This document shows, one piece after another, positions 8,559-17,400 of a stretch of 64,000 nucleotides of DNA. The stretch covers positions 1,886 to 65,885 of the forward strand of contig CAMHPQ010000003.1 in the NCBI GenBank assembly GCA_946187035.1, written 5' to 3'. A program made the translations under genes and the position numbers. The notes below the pieces were generated by a model. That model ran no database searches. It saw only the letters and a program-made list of their open reading frames with translations, and was not told the DNA's origin. The DNA is from an uncultured Clostridia bacterium (lineage in GTDB: Bacteria; Bacillota; Clostridia; Oscillospirales; Oscillospiraceae). Position 1 is the first letter of the stretch, and each line of letters begins with the position of its first letter.

Positions 8559-9791
8559 TCACGCCTCCTTTCTCAGCTTCGCGTCAAAGTCTTCGGGGAA
8601 CAGTTTTAAAGCGCTCATAAAAGCGGTCGTCGCGCTCTGTCCCAGCGGGCAGAAGCAGGACATTTTCATATAGTCGCTCATGGATTCAATGAGTTCAATG
8701 TCCGCTTTGGAGCCTTCGCCTGCGGCGAACTTCTCCAGGATCTCCGCGATGCGCATGGTGCCCTCCCGGCAGGGAGAACATTTGCCGCAGCTCTCGTGGC
8801 GATAGAACTTCGCGATCTCCGCGAGGATGTCCACGATGTTTCGTGTCTCGTCGATCACATAAACCGCGCCGGAACCCAAGCTCGCGCCGATCGCGCGGAT
8901 GGAATCAAAATCAATCGGAGTGTCCAGCTGGTCCGGGGTCACAAAACCGCAGCTGGAGCCGCCGAGCTGGATGGCTTTCAGCTTTTTGCCGTTCGCCGCT
9001 CCCCCGCCGAAGCCCTCGACGACGTCGCGCAGGGTGGCGTTGGTGGGCACCTCGACGCAGACCTTGTTCTGCACATCTCCGGACATGCACATCAGCTTCG
9101 TGCCGGTGTACTTCTCAGAGCCGATGGCGCCGAACCAGTCCGCACCCTTCGTGATGATTTCGGGGATCACAGCGAAGGTCTCGACGTTGTTCACGATGGT
9201 GGGTTTTTTATGCAGGCCTGCGACTGCCATGGAGGGCGGCTTGAGTCTGGGCTCGCCGCGTACGCCCTCGAGGGAGTTCACGATCGCGGTGCCTTCGCCG
9301 CAGACATACGTGCCAGCGCCGGAGACGACCTTGATGACCGTGTCGCCGCAGAGGCTCTTTTCCTCGGCCTGCTTCACCGCATTACGGAGCAGACGGATGG
9401 AGTTTTCATACTCGCCGCGGACGTAAATGAAGCACTCCTTCGCGCCGACGGCGTAAGCACCGATGAGGATGCCTTCGATGACGGTGTGAGGGTCGCCCTC
9501 CATGATGACGCGATCCTTGTACGTGCCGGGTTCGCCCTCATCGGCGTTGCAGACGATGTATTTCACTTCTGAGTCATTCTTAAATGCGCTGCTCCACTTC
9601 TTGCCGGTGGGGAAGGCCGCGCCCCCGCGGCCACGGAGGCGTGAGGTTTCCTCGATGGTCTCGATGAGACTGCCGCGATCCATCGTGCGGGCTTTCTTCA
9701 GCGCCTCATAGCCGCCGGCGGCAATGTATTCCTCGATCGACATGGGGTCGATATGACCGACATTTCTCAATGCAATTCTGACTTCGTTCAT
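8559..9791 (-). CDS. NuoF/HydB-like NAD(P)H-binding flavoprotein subunit (FMN, 4Fe-4S)
   Basis: Motifs GRGGAAFPTGKKW, NADEGEPGTYKDR and ESCGKCSPCREG. The ATG overlaps the upstream stop (ATGA). Confidence 0.9.
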   Translation of the reverse strand: MNEVRIALRNVGHIDPMSIEEYIAAGGYEALKKARTMDRGSLIETIEETSRLRGRGGAAFPTGKKWSSAFKNDSEVKYIVCNADEGEPGTYKDRVIMEGDPHTVIEGILIGAYAVGAKECFIYVRGEYENSIRLLRNAVKQAEEKSLCGDTVIKVVSGAGTYVCGEGTAIVNSLEGVRGEPRLKPPSMAVAGLHKKPTIVNNVETFAVIPEIITKGADWFGAIGSEKYTGTKLMCMSGDVQNKVCVEVPTNATLRDVVEGFGGGAANGKKLKAIQLGGSSCGFVTPDQLDTPIDFDSIRAIGASLGSGAVYVIDETRNIVDILAEIAKFYRHESCGKCSPCREGTMRIAEILEKFAAGEGSKADIELIESMSDYMKMSCFCPLGQSATTAFMSALKLFPEDFDAKLRKEA

Positions 9792-10225
9792 TTGGCACCT
9801 CCCAGCAGCTCCGGGATTTTTTCAATCTCTACGTTGGTGTACAGCTCGCCGTTGATGAGCACGTTCGGCGCTGCCTGACACTGGCCGAGACATTCGACCC
9901 AGCCGAGGGAATAGCGCTCATTGCTCTCGCCCAGCTTGACGCCTGTGGCCTTTTCGAGCGCCGCGACGAGGTCGGCGTTGCCGCCGGAGTGGCAGGCGGT
10001 GCCGCGGCAGACGCGGATTTCCACCTGAGCCGGTTTCTCGAACCGCAGCATGGAATAAAAGCTCGCCGCGTCATAGAGCGCAGCGTCGCTCACGCCGACG
10101 TGCTTTGCCAGCGCGCCGAGCGCGTCCTCGCTCACGTAGCCCTCGGCCTTCTGGAGCGCCAGGAGGGCATCCAGCAGGCCTCCGTCCGTCAAGGCGTCGG
10201 TGATGATCTGATCATATGCAATCAT
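9788..10225 (-). CDS. NuoE/HydC-like thioredoxin-fold 2Fe-2S subunit
   Basis: Motifs VCRGTACHSGG and ECLGQCQAAPNVLING. An internal ATG at 10225 is preceded by GGAGG. The 287-aa track ORF is an upstream over-extension. Confidence 0.85.
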   Translation of the reverse strand: MIAYDQIITDALTDGGLLDALLALQKAEGYVSEDALGALAKHVGVSDAALYDAASFYSMLRFEKPAQVEIRVCRGTACHSGGNADLVAALEKATGVKLGESNERYSLGWVECLGQCQAAPNVLINGELYTNVEIEKIPELLGGAK

Positions 10226-10487
10226 ATTTTTTTCGCCTCCGATTCGATTTCTGGATTTTGTTTTTCTGAGCCTGAACCTCATTATATGGAGGGCATTTTT
10301 TATCGTCAATGTACTGACAAACAATTCTCCCATGCGCACAAAACCGGGGTTTTCATTTAGCCAACAGATAATATGAGCCGCAATACAAAATCTCATTTTT
10401 GTTTGTATATCCGGACAAGCAGCAGTATTTGATTGCACACCCGCACAAATCCGGATCGCTGCAAAAAACGCAAAAGTAGTGCGTTTC

Positions 10488-10516
10488 TTGACATCATTCA
10501 GAATGAAAGGTATATT
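10488..10516 (+). promoter_or_regulatory. Sigma-70-type promoter of tetR with an embedded palindrome (candidate operator)
   Basis: TTGACA at 10488-10493, a 17-nt spacer, then TATATT at 10511-10516. The spacer begins with the perfect 6-1-6 palindrome TCATTCAGAATGA (10494-10506). Confidence 0.5.
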
Positions 10517-10547
10517 GAATTCAAATCCTGCTTCGGGAGGTGTTTTC

Positions 10548-11153
10548 ATGTCCTCAACTGTCAACAAGAATGCTGACGTCATTGCGAACACTGCCATCGC
10601 GATGTTCATAGAAAGCGGATACGAAAAGGTCACGATCAGCGAGATCTGCAACGCCGCCGGCGTTTCCCGCAGCGTGTTCTATGCCACGTTCTCCGGAAAG
10701 AGCCAGATCATCGAATACGTGTTGGAACGTTCCATTCAGGATCAGGAGGTCGCCTTCTCTGAAATCCTCGATGCGCCCAATGATTTTGAACGCATGTGGG
10801 TGCTGTGCGATCGGCATCTGAGTCATACACTGCGATTCGGGCCGAAACTGGGCGTCACACTCCTGCAGCTGGATGTCGCGCGGAAGATCGATATCCTGGA
10901 GAAAACGCAGGATCTGTTTGACTGGCTGATCCGGCTTGGAAAAAACGCGAAAGCCGCCGGGCTGATCAATACCCCCGAACCATTGGAGATCATGGTGCCT
11001 CTCATGATTAACTCTGCATATCAGACCTGCTATGAATGGGCAAGATGCGGCGGCACATTCAATCTGCGTGCTCGCTGCCGCGTCATTCTGGAAAGTGCCC
11101 TGAACGCCGCACCGGAGCATCGGTGGACGAAAGAGCAACTGAATAACGCATAA
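10548..11153 (+). CDS. TetR/AcrR family transcriptional regulator
   Basis: N-terminal HTH ANTAIAMFIESGYEKVTISEICNAAGVSRSVFYATF. GGGAGG RBS before ATG 10548. Divergent from the hyl-like operon. Confidence 0.85.
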   Translation: MSSTVNKNADVIANTAIAMFIESGYEKVTISEICNAAGVSRSVFYATFSGKSQIIEYVLERSIQDQEVAFSEILDAPNDFERMWVLCDRHLSHTLRFGPKLGVTLLQLDVARKIDILEKTQDLFDWLIRLGKNAKAAGLINTPEPLEIMVPLMINSAYQTCYEWARCGGTFNLRARCRVILESALNAAPEHRWTKEQLNNA

Positions 11154-11158
11154 TAAAT

Positions 11159-11196
11159 GACAGCTGACCTCTTATGAAGTCGGCTGTCATTTTATG
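11159..11196 (+). terminator. Terminator after tetR
   Basis: Hairpin formed by GACAGCTGAC and GTCGGCTGTC, followed by ATTTTAT. Confidence 0.55.
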
Positions 11197-11238
11197 TGAT
11201 ATCAGAGAGTATAAGACAGTAAGAAAAGACATTGAAAC

Positions 11239-11278
11239 CTGCCACCGCTGATCACTGCTCTGCTAATCGCCAGCTAAT
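11239..11278. repeat. Second occurrence of the CTGCCACCG / CTGCTAAT / CCAGCTAAT motif series
   Basis: CTGCCACCG 11239-11247, CTGCTAAT 11260-11267, CCAGCTAAT 11270-11278. Order and orientation match 4582-4671. Confidence 0.55.
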
Positions 11279-11408
11279 GTTTGAGCAAAATAAAAGGCAA
11301 CAGAGCGTAGCAAACGGCAGTAAAAGAAAACAATGAAACCTGCAAAAATCGTGTGATTCCAATGGCTTTATAGTATCACACAGCAGACTGTACTGCTGAA
11401 ACATTGGT

Positions 11409-11454
11409 ACTCCTAAGCGGCAGGCCGGAGGTTCGAATCCTCTTGTGGGTGCCA
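11409..11454 (+). other. tRNA-Arg(CCU)-like 3' half remnant, copy 2
   Basis: The sequence ACTCCTAA-GCGGC-AGGCC-GGAGG-TTCGAAT-CCTCT-TGTGGGT-G-CCA has the same 46-nt register as 4435-4480, with 8 mismatches by hand alignment. No 5' half is present. It is followed by an A-run and a weak hairpin. Confidence 0.6.
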
Positions 11455-11511
11455 AAAAAAACGAGGCTGCCGTCAGGTGGTCTCGTTTTTGCTTTCCGTA
11501 ATGGCACCGTA

Positions 11512-12369
11512 TCAATGCCCGTCATCTGCACTGATTTCATCTGCGTAAATGGTCCTGGCTGCGCCGTCGCAGTCTTTTCCGAAGAAGGAGACAAATCGGG
11601 TTTCTCCCTTCTTCACGCTGCCTGCGTCAAAATCCGCAGGGAAATAAACCTGCATGCGCTGCCCCGCCGAAAACGGCGTCGTGGAGGAAGTCGCACGGCA
11701 CAGCATAGAGTCACTCTGAATCTCCGTGATTTCCACGAAAATTCCGTATTTCGCATCCCGCCCGAGCCCGTCTGCAGTCATGGATAATTCGCCGGGATCC
11801 ACCGTCGGCAGCTCCCAACCCGGGAACAGCTCAGAGAAGGTTGGAATCGTTTCCACCGTCCCGTCGGGTGCGGTGACATAGCACTCGAATCCGTCCGCGA
11901 CCCAGGACCGGCTGTAGATGATGACATTCCTCGCCTTTCGTATGGTCTCCTGAAGCTCCGTCGGCGCGGCGTCCAAATCCAGGTAGGCATAGGCTTGGGC
12001 TTCCTCCAATGACATGTCTGCATCATTGGCGTTGCCGTGCTCTGCCGCCACAAACACCGCCGGGATCACGGCGCCGTCTGGGCGTGAGACAAGGTGTTCA
12101 AAATCCGTGCTGTGATCGGTATAGGACAGCGTGCAGATCTCCGTCGCCTCCTGTCCCTCTTGGTACAGGCGCAAACGATAGGCCGCTGCGGGCTGCTCTT
12201 TTCCGCGAAACAGGCCAGCAGCCGAGACCGCAACCACGCACAGGCAGGCCGCCGCTGCAAAATATCGTCTCCATCCCGGATGCTTCCTGCCGAGGTTTGC
12301 GTCCTGCGCTTCCTCGATGTATTTGTCATCCAGTTCCAGGATGCCTCTGTAGAGTTCTTCTGCATTCAT
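11512..12369 (-). CDS. Single-pass membrane protein, putative anti-sigma factor
   Basis: The start MNAEELYRG overlaps the sigma gene stop (ATGA). TM segment YFAAAACLCVVAVSAAGLF. Positioned immediately downstream of the sigma factor gene. Confidence 0.65.
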   Translation of the reverse strand: MNAEELYRGILELDDKYIEEAQDANLGRKHPGWRRYFAAAACLCVVAVSAAGLFRGKEQPAAAYRLRLYQEGQEATEICTLSYTDHSTDFEHLVSRPDGAVIPAVFVAAEHGNANDADMSLEEAQAYAYLDLDAAPTELQETIRKARNVIIYSRSWVADGFECYVTAPDGTVETIPTFSELFPGWELPTVDPGELSMTADGLGRDAKYGIFVEITEIQSDSMLCRATSSTTPFSAGQRMQVYFPADFDAGSVKKGETRFVSFFGKDCDGAARTIYADEISADDGH

Positions 12370-12923
12370 ACAACAATATCCTCCTTTGCCAGCGCTGCTT
12401 TCAGCTTGCCGCGCAGCACGTACAGCCTTTTGGCCATTTTCCCGGGAGATACGCCGCACGCCTGCGCCAGCTTCTTCACCGCGTCGCCATACCAGTATCT
12501 TCTGACGAACAGCACCCGGTCCTCCCTGCTGAGGGTGCCCAGCCATTGGTTGATCACGCGCGTGAGCTCGTTTGCGGCAAGCTGCCGTTCAACGGACTCT
12601 TCGGACGGGATGCAATCCTCCAGCTCAGACAGGAGTTCTTCCAAGCCCGCGTATCTCTTTTGCGCCTGGTCTTTCTCTCGGCGGTTCAGTGCGAGACGGA
12701 GGGTGATTTTTCCCACCCAGGCGCAAAACGCTCTCGGATGCTCCGGTGGGATCGCGTTCCAGACCCGCAGCCAGGTATCGTTCACGCACTCCTCCGCGTC
12801 CTCCCGGCTGGACAGGACATTCATGGCAATTTTTCGGCAGTAGGAGCCATATTTTGCCTCGGCCTGCTGGATTGCCCGCTGGTCTCTGCGCCGGAACAAT
12901 TCGATGATCTGCTCATCCTCCAT
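12366..12923 (-). CDS. RNA polymerase sigma-70 family (ECF-like) sigma factor
   Basis: Region 2: DAEECVNDTWLRVWNAIP. Region 4: LSREDRVLFVRRYWYGDAVKKLAQACGVSPGKMAKRLYVLRGKL. AGGAGG RBS before ATG 12923. Confidence 0.85.
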   Translation of the reverse strand: MEDEQIIELFRRRDQRAIQQAEAKYGSYCRKIAMNVLSSREDAEECVNDTWLRVWNAIPPEHPRAFCAWVGKITLRLALNRREKDQAQKRYAGLEELLSELEDCIPSEESVERQLAANELTRVINQWLGTLSREDRVLFVRRYWYGDAVKKLAQACGVSPGKMAKRLYVLRGKLKAALAKEDIVV

Positions 12924-13093
12924 GCGCGCACCTCCTTTCTGTTGTTCTGAAAGGCCTTTCACTTTTATAGACCGGAACAGTGAAGGATTATTCCGGAGAA
13001 TCCCAATGAGTGAGTGGATTATTGTTCGTTGGTATGATAGAATAGTTTAAAAAATCAACTTGGATGATTGCAATTCGGAGAAAGGAGAAAAAG

Positions 13094-14407
13094 ATGAAAC
13101 GATTGTTGAGTCTGTGCCTTGTCCTGTCGCTGCTGCTGGGGATGACGGGGGCCTTTGCGGCGAAGGCAGCTTTCACCGATGTGCCGGAGAATGCCTGGTA
13201 CTTTGAGCCGGTGCAGCAGTTCACGGAGCGGGGGCTGGTAAAAGGTGTCAGCGAGACGAAATTCCACCCCGGCGGCACCATGACCCGGGCCATGGCCCTC
13301 ACGATCCTGTGGCGGTGGAGCGGATCCCGGGAAATGGGCAAGAGCAGCTTCCGGGACGTGCCGGAGAACAGCTGGTTTGCCGAGGCCGCGGCCTGGGGCG
13401 CGCAGCAGGGCTATGTGAACGGCGTAGGTGAAGGATTGTTCCGGCCGGACACGCCCATCACCAGAGAGCAGCTGGCCGCCATGCTCTACCGGATCGCGGA
13501 GGCCGACGGCGTGGAGGTGAACTACGTCCGACCCATCCAGTTCACGGAGGACGACCCAGTGAGTCCCTGGGCGGTGGGTCCCATGCGCCTCGCCATCACC
13601 GGCGATATTATCAAGGGCCGCGGCACCGCTGACGGCATCAGATGGGACGCCAAAAGCACCTGCACCAGAGCCGAGGCCGTGACCATGCTGTACCGCTTTG
13701 CGGAGATCTATCCGATCATGCCCCTGCGGCGGCATCTGGAGAACGATGTGCTGTCTGAGGATCAGTCAAACGCCATCGCGGAGGTGGCCCTTCAGCTGTT
13801 TGCAGCCGCGCTGGAGGACGGGCGCTCCGCTGTGGACACGGTCTCTCCCCTTCTGGCTGAACCGCCTGCGGGGCTGGAGGCTGCCAGGAACCAGTGGCGC
13901 ACTCATCTGGATCGCAGCGAGGTGGAAGGGCTCAATCCGCTGCGGTTCCGGGGTCAGTGGGCCAACCCGGTGGGGCCCTCCGATACGGGGAGGAACTACG
14001 CCCAGGCCCAAATCTATCTGGAGAATGAGAATTGCACCGGCTTCCGGCTGCAGGTGCTGGGCGCGCCCTTCGCGCTGGCAGTACTGGTGCCCAACGAGGG
14101 CGTCACGCCGGAGTCGCTGCTGGACGCTCTGGACGGGCAATCCCTGCGGCAGCTGCTGCTGGGGAACGAATACGATCTGGTGCATGCCACCTTCCCCAGC
14201 TTCACGGTCTCCGACGGCGAGGCGGTCTTGGCCGTGACCGGCGCGGGCATCAACATGGACGGCGGCCCGGACGACGCTGTGGAGGAAACTTACACGCTGG
14301 ATGACGACATCATCCGAGGCACTATCGTCCACGCGGATCGTCCCTTCGTGTACATCCTCATGGATACCGCAACGAATCTGCCCATGTTCATCGGCATCAC
14401 GCAGTAA
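13094..14407 (+). CDS. Secreted protein with three SLH repeats and a shortened serpin-like C-terminal domain
   Basis: Signal peptide MKRLLSLCLVLSLLLGMTGAFA. SLH-type repeats (FTDVPENAWYFEPV..., FRDVPENSWFAEAA...). The C-terminus DGEAVLAVTGAGI...ADRPFVYILMDTATNLPMFIGITQ resembles the serpin hinge and beta-5B signature. Confidence 0.6.
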   Translation: MKRLLSLCLVLSLLLGMTGAFAAKAAFTDVPENAWYFEPVQQFTERGLVKGVSETKFHPGGTMTRAMALTILWRWSGSREMGKSSFRDVPENSWFAEAAAWGAQQGYVNGVGEGLFRPDTPITREQLAAMLYRIAEADGVEVNYVRPIQFTEDDPVSPWAVGPMRLAITGDIIKGRGTADGIRWDAKSTCTRAEAVTMLYRFAEIYPIMPLRRHLENDVLSEDQSNAIAEVALQLFAAALEDGRSAVDTVSPLLAEPPAGLEAARNQWRTHLDRSEVEGLNPLRFRGQWANPVGPSDTGRNYAQAQIYLENENCTGFRLQVLGAPFALAVLVPNEGVTPESLLDALDGQSLRQLLLGNEYDLVHATFPSFTVSDGEAVLAVTGAGINMDGGPDDAVEETYTLDDDIIRGTIVHADRPFVYILMDTATNLPMFIGITQ

Positions 14408-14478
14408 ATCCCATCACAAAAAATCCCCAGACGGAAAACTCCGTCTGGGGATTCGTTTCATATGGGGTTCTGAAAGGG

Positions 14479-17400
14479 TTACATCAGGTGCGCAACCATG
14501 ACAACAAAGATGTCATCGCTGTTGGTGATGTCGCGGATGAGCGTATAGCCCTCCTTGTCCTCCAGTTCATCGTTGTAATAGAGGGAGGTGGCCTCCAGCA
14601 TTTTGCCTCCGCCAAGGTAGATGCCCACATGGTGGATCTCATTGATCTCGTGGCAATCGCTGATGCCGCATTTTCCGTTGAGATAGAACACCGCGTCGCC
14701 CTTTTGCAGCGCGTCCACGCTGAAGTCCTTATCGACCGTGTTGTCGCTCATGAGCTTGGTGTACTGGCGGTTGACCGTCTCCGGAATGTCCACATCCACC
14801 GCCTGCATCACGGTATAAACCAGACTGCTGCAGACAAGCTGACCTTCGTTCTTGCCGTAGGGCGTTCCCAGCAGCTCCACGCCGCGGGCCATCAGTTTGG
14901 AGAACGGGTTCGACTCGTCCACAGTGACGGACACCTTTCCGGCGCTGTCCGCGTGGAAGCTGACGCCCTCCCAGATCCAGTCGTCGTTCTTGACCAGACC
15001 GCGCTCCAGGTCGAAGTTGAACAGATTGCCGTCCTTGTCGGAGTACAGCCCCAGCACCAGCTGGTTGTTCATCTCGGTGAAGAAATAGGTCTTTCCATCG
15101 AAGTCATGGTACCCCGCCGCGAGGCCGCCCTCGGGCAGATAGCCATACCACTTGCCGTTGAGCTCCACCAGGCCGGTGCGCATGGCGCCGGTCTTCGTGT
15201 CGAAGTAATAAGCCTTGTCGTCAATCGTCCGCGCGCCGTAGAGCAGATAGCCGCTGTTGGAGAAGCAGTAGGTGGAACCGTTGATTTCGCTCAGCCCGGT
15301 GCGCGTGCCGCTTTCGTCCACATAATAGGTGTAGTCGCCCACGGTCACAAAGCCGGTCCGGCGCACACCCTGAGCGTCAAAGTAATACCGTGTGCTGTCC
15401 AGCGTCAGCCAGCCGGTCTGGGCCGTGAAGACGTTGGGACGGAAGTAGTATTCCTTTCCGTCGATCTCCACAAATCCGGACTGCAGAACGCCGGTTTCGG
15501 GATCTGCGTAGACGGGCTTTTCTGTGGTCGTCACCAGGCCGGAGCAGCGACGCCCGGTCTCGAGATCGAAGTAGTACACGTTGTCGCCGATCTTCTGGAG
15601 TCCCTTGCGCATGACGCAGGAGTTATCGAAGTACCAGACGCCGTCCTCCAGCTCCAGGAGTCCGGTGGCGAGGCCGTTTTCCGTGTAATAGAACGTGTTG
15701 CCGTCCAGGGTGACAAAGCCCAGCTGCCGCTCGCCGGACTCGGGATCGTAGTACATTTTCACGCCGTTCTCGGTGACGCAGCCGGAATTCTTATTGGGGT
15801 TCTTCATGGCGCCGGAAGAGGTGAACGTGTAAGAGACGCCGTCGATCTCCCGGGTCTGGCCGCAGACCGCCTTGTAATCCTCGAAGTAATAGCGGATGCC
15901 GTTGATGGTTTTCCAGCCGTTGCAGGCCTGACCGGTGGTGGTGTCGAAGTAGTATTTGTCGCCGTCAATGGTCTGCAGACCCAGGTAAGCGTATCCGCTG
16001 CTGCTGAAATCATACAGCGCGCCGTCCATAAAGGTAAGTCCCGTCTGCACGCCGTTTTCCGTAAGGCCGTAGATCCGTCCGCCGTAACTGACCAGTCCGA
16101 ACACAGCCTCGCCGGTCTCCAGATCGAAGAAGTAGCGCGTGCCGTCCACGGTCAGCAGGCCGGTTTTGATGCTGCCGTCGCTGCGGAAGTTGTAGAGCTT
16201 GCCGTCGATCCAGGTCAGACCGTTGCCGGCGCCGTTGACGCCGTCGAAGTAGTAGCGGGTGCCGCCGGTCTCATAAAAGCCGGTGAACAGCTTGTAGGTC
16301 TCATCGTCGGCGCAGTAGCGCTTGCCGTCTGCGACGAAGGTGCCGCTGTAAAGGGTGCCGGTGTCGCGGGCATAGTATGCGCCGTCGTCCGTTTCAATCA
16401 GGCCGGTCAGCATCTTGCCGTCCTCGCCGAAGTAAAACACCTTGTCGTCCAGCCGGAGCATACCTGTCACCATGCGATAGGTCTCGCGGTCAAAGTAATA
16501 GGTGCTATCTCCCACGGTCTCAAAGCCGCCCTGAGAGAGGCCGGATTCCGCAGAGAAGTAATAGGTGACGCCGTCCACCGTCTTCAGGCCGGAGACGGGG
16601 TTGCCGGTGGTCTCGTCAAAGTACATGTAGTGGCCCGCGCCCACATCGATCAGACCGAAGCGCTGCAGGCCGGTGTTCCAGTCAAAGTAATACTTCTTGC
16701 CGTTGACGGTGCTGACGCCTCTGGCCATGGAGCCGCTGTCGTCGAAATAACGCGTGCCGTCCTCCATCCGCTGCCAGCCGGTGAGCTTCACGTTTCCGTC
16801 CACGATGTAGTAGGCCAGGCCGGTTTCCGGATCAATCACAATTGCGGACGAGCAGATCTGCGCGGAGCTGCTGGGCAGGCTGTTGCCCTGTCCGTCCGTG
16901 ACAATGCAGCGGAACCGCCGTCCCACAGTCGTGTCGTCCACGGTGCAGGAGATGGTCGCCTCCGTGCAGTCGGCGGGCGTCCAGGTAACGCCGTCATCCG
17001 CACTGTACTCCCAGCTGTAGCTCAGGTTCCAGCCCTCGGCCTTGACCGTGAACTCCACCGTGCTGCCGGAGCTGCCGTAGGCGTCCACCGGCTGCTTGAC
17101 AATCTTCAGCGGCGGCATCCAGATGACGCTGGCCGTATTGGAGATCGCAGTTTTCCCGTAACTGTCGGTGACGATGCAGCGGTACAGCCGTCCATTGGAG
17201 GTACGGTTGATGGTGCAGGTGGCGGTCTGCTTGGTGGCGGAGTTCACCCAGGTCTCGCCGCCGTCCTCGCTGTACTGCCACTGGTAGGTCAGACCAACGC
17301 CGTTGGCCGTCACCTTGAAGCTAGCAATATCGCCGGTTTCGCCCAGGGCGTCCTGGGGCTGGGTCAGAATCTGCAGATCGCTGAGGGTCACTTTCGTCAC

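Noticed and set aside
9788-10651. 287-aa version of the NuoE-like ORF extending to 10651
   Set aside because: The N-terminal 142 residues cross the divergent promoter region and the tetR start. An internal ATG at 10225 has a GGAGG RBS and gives the normal NuoE size.
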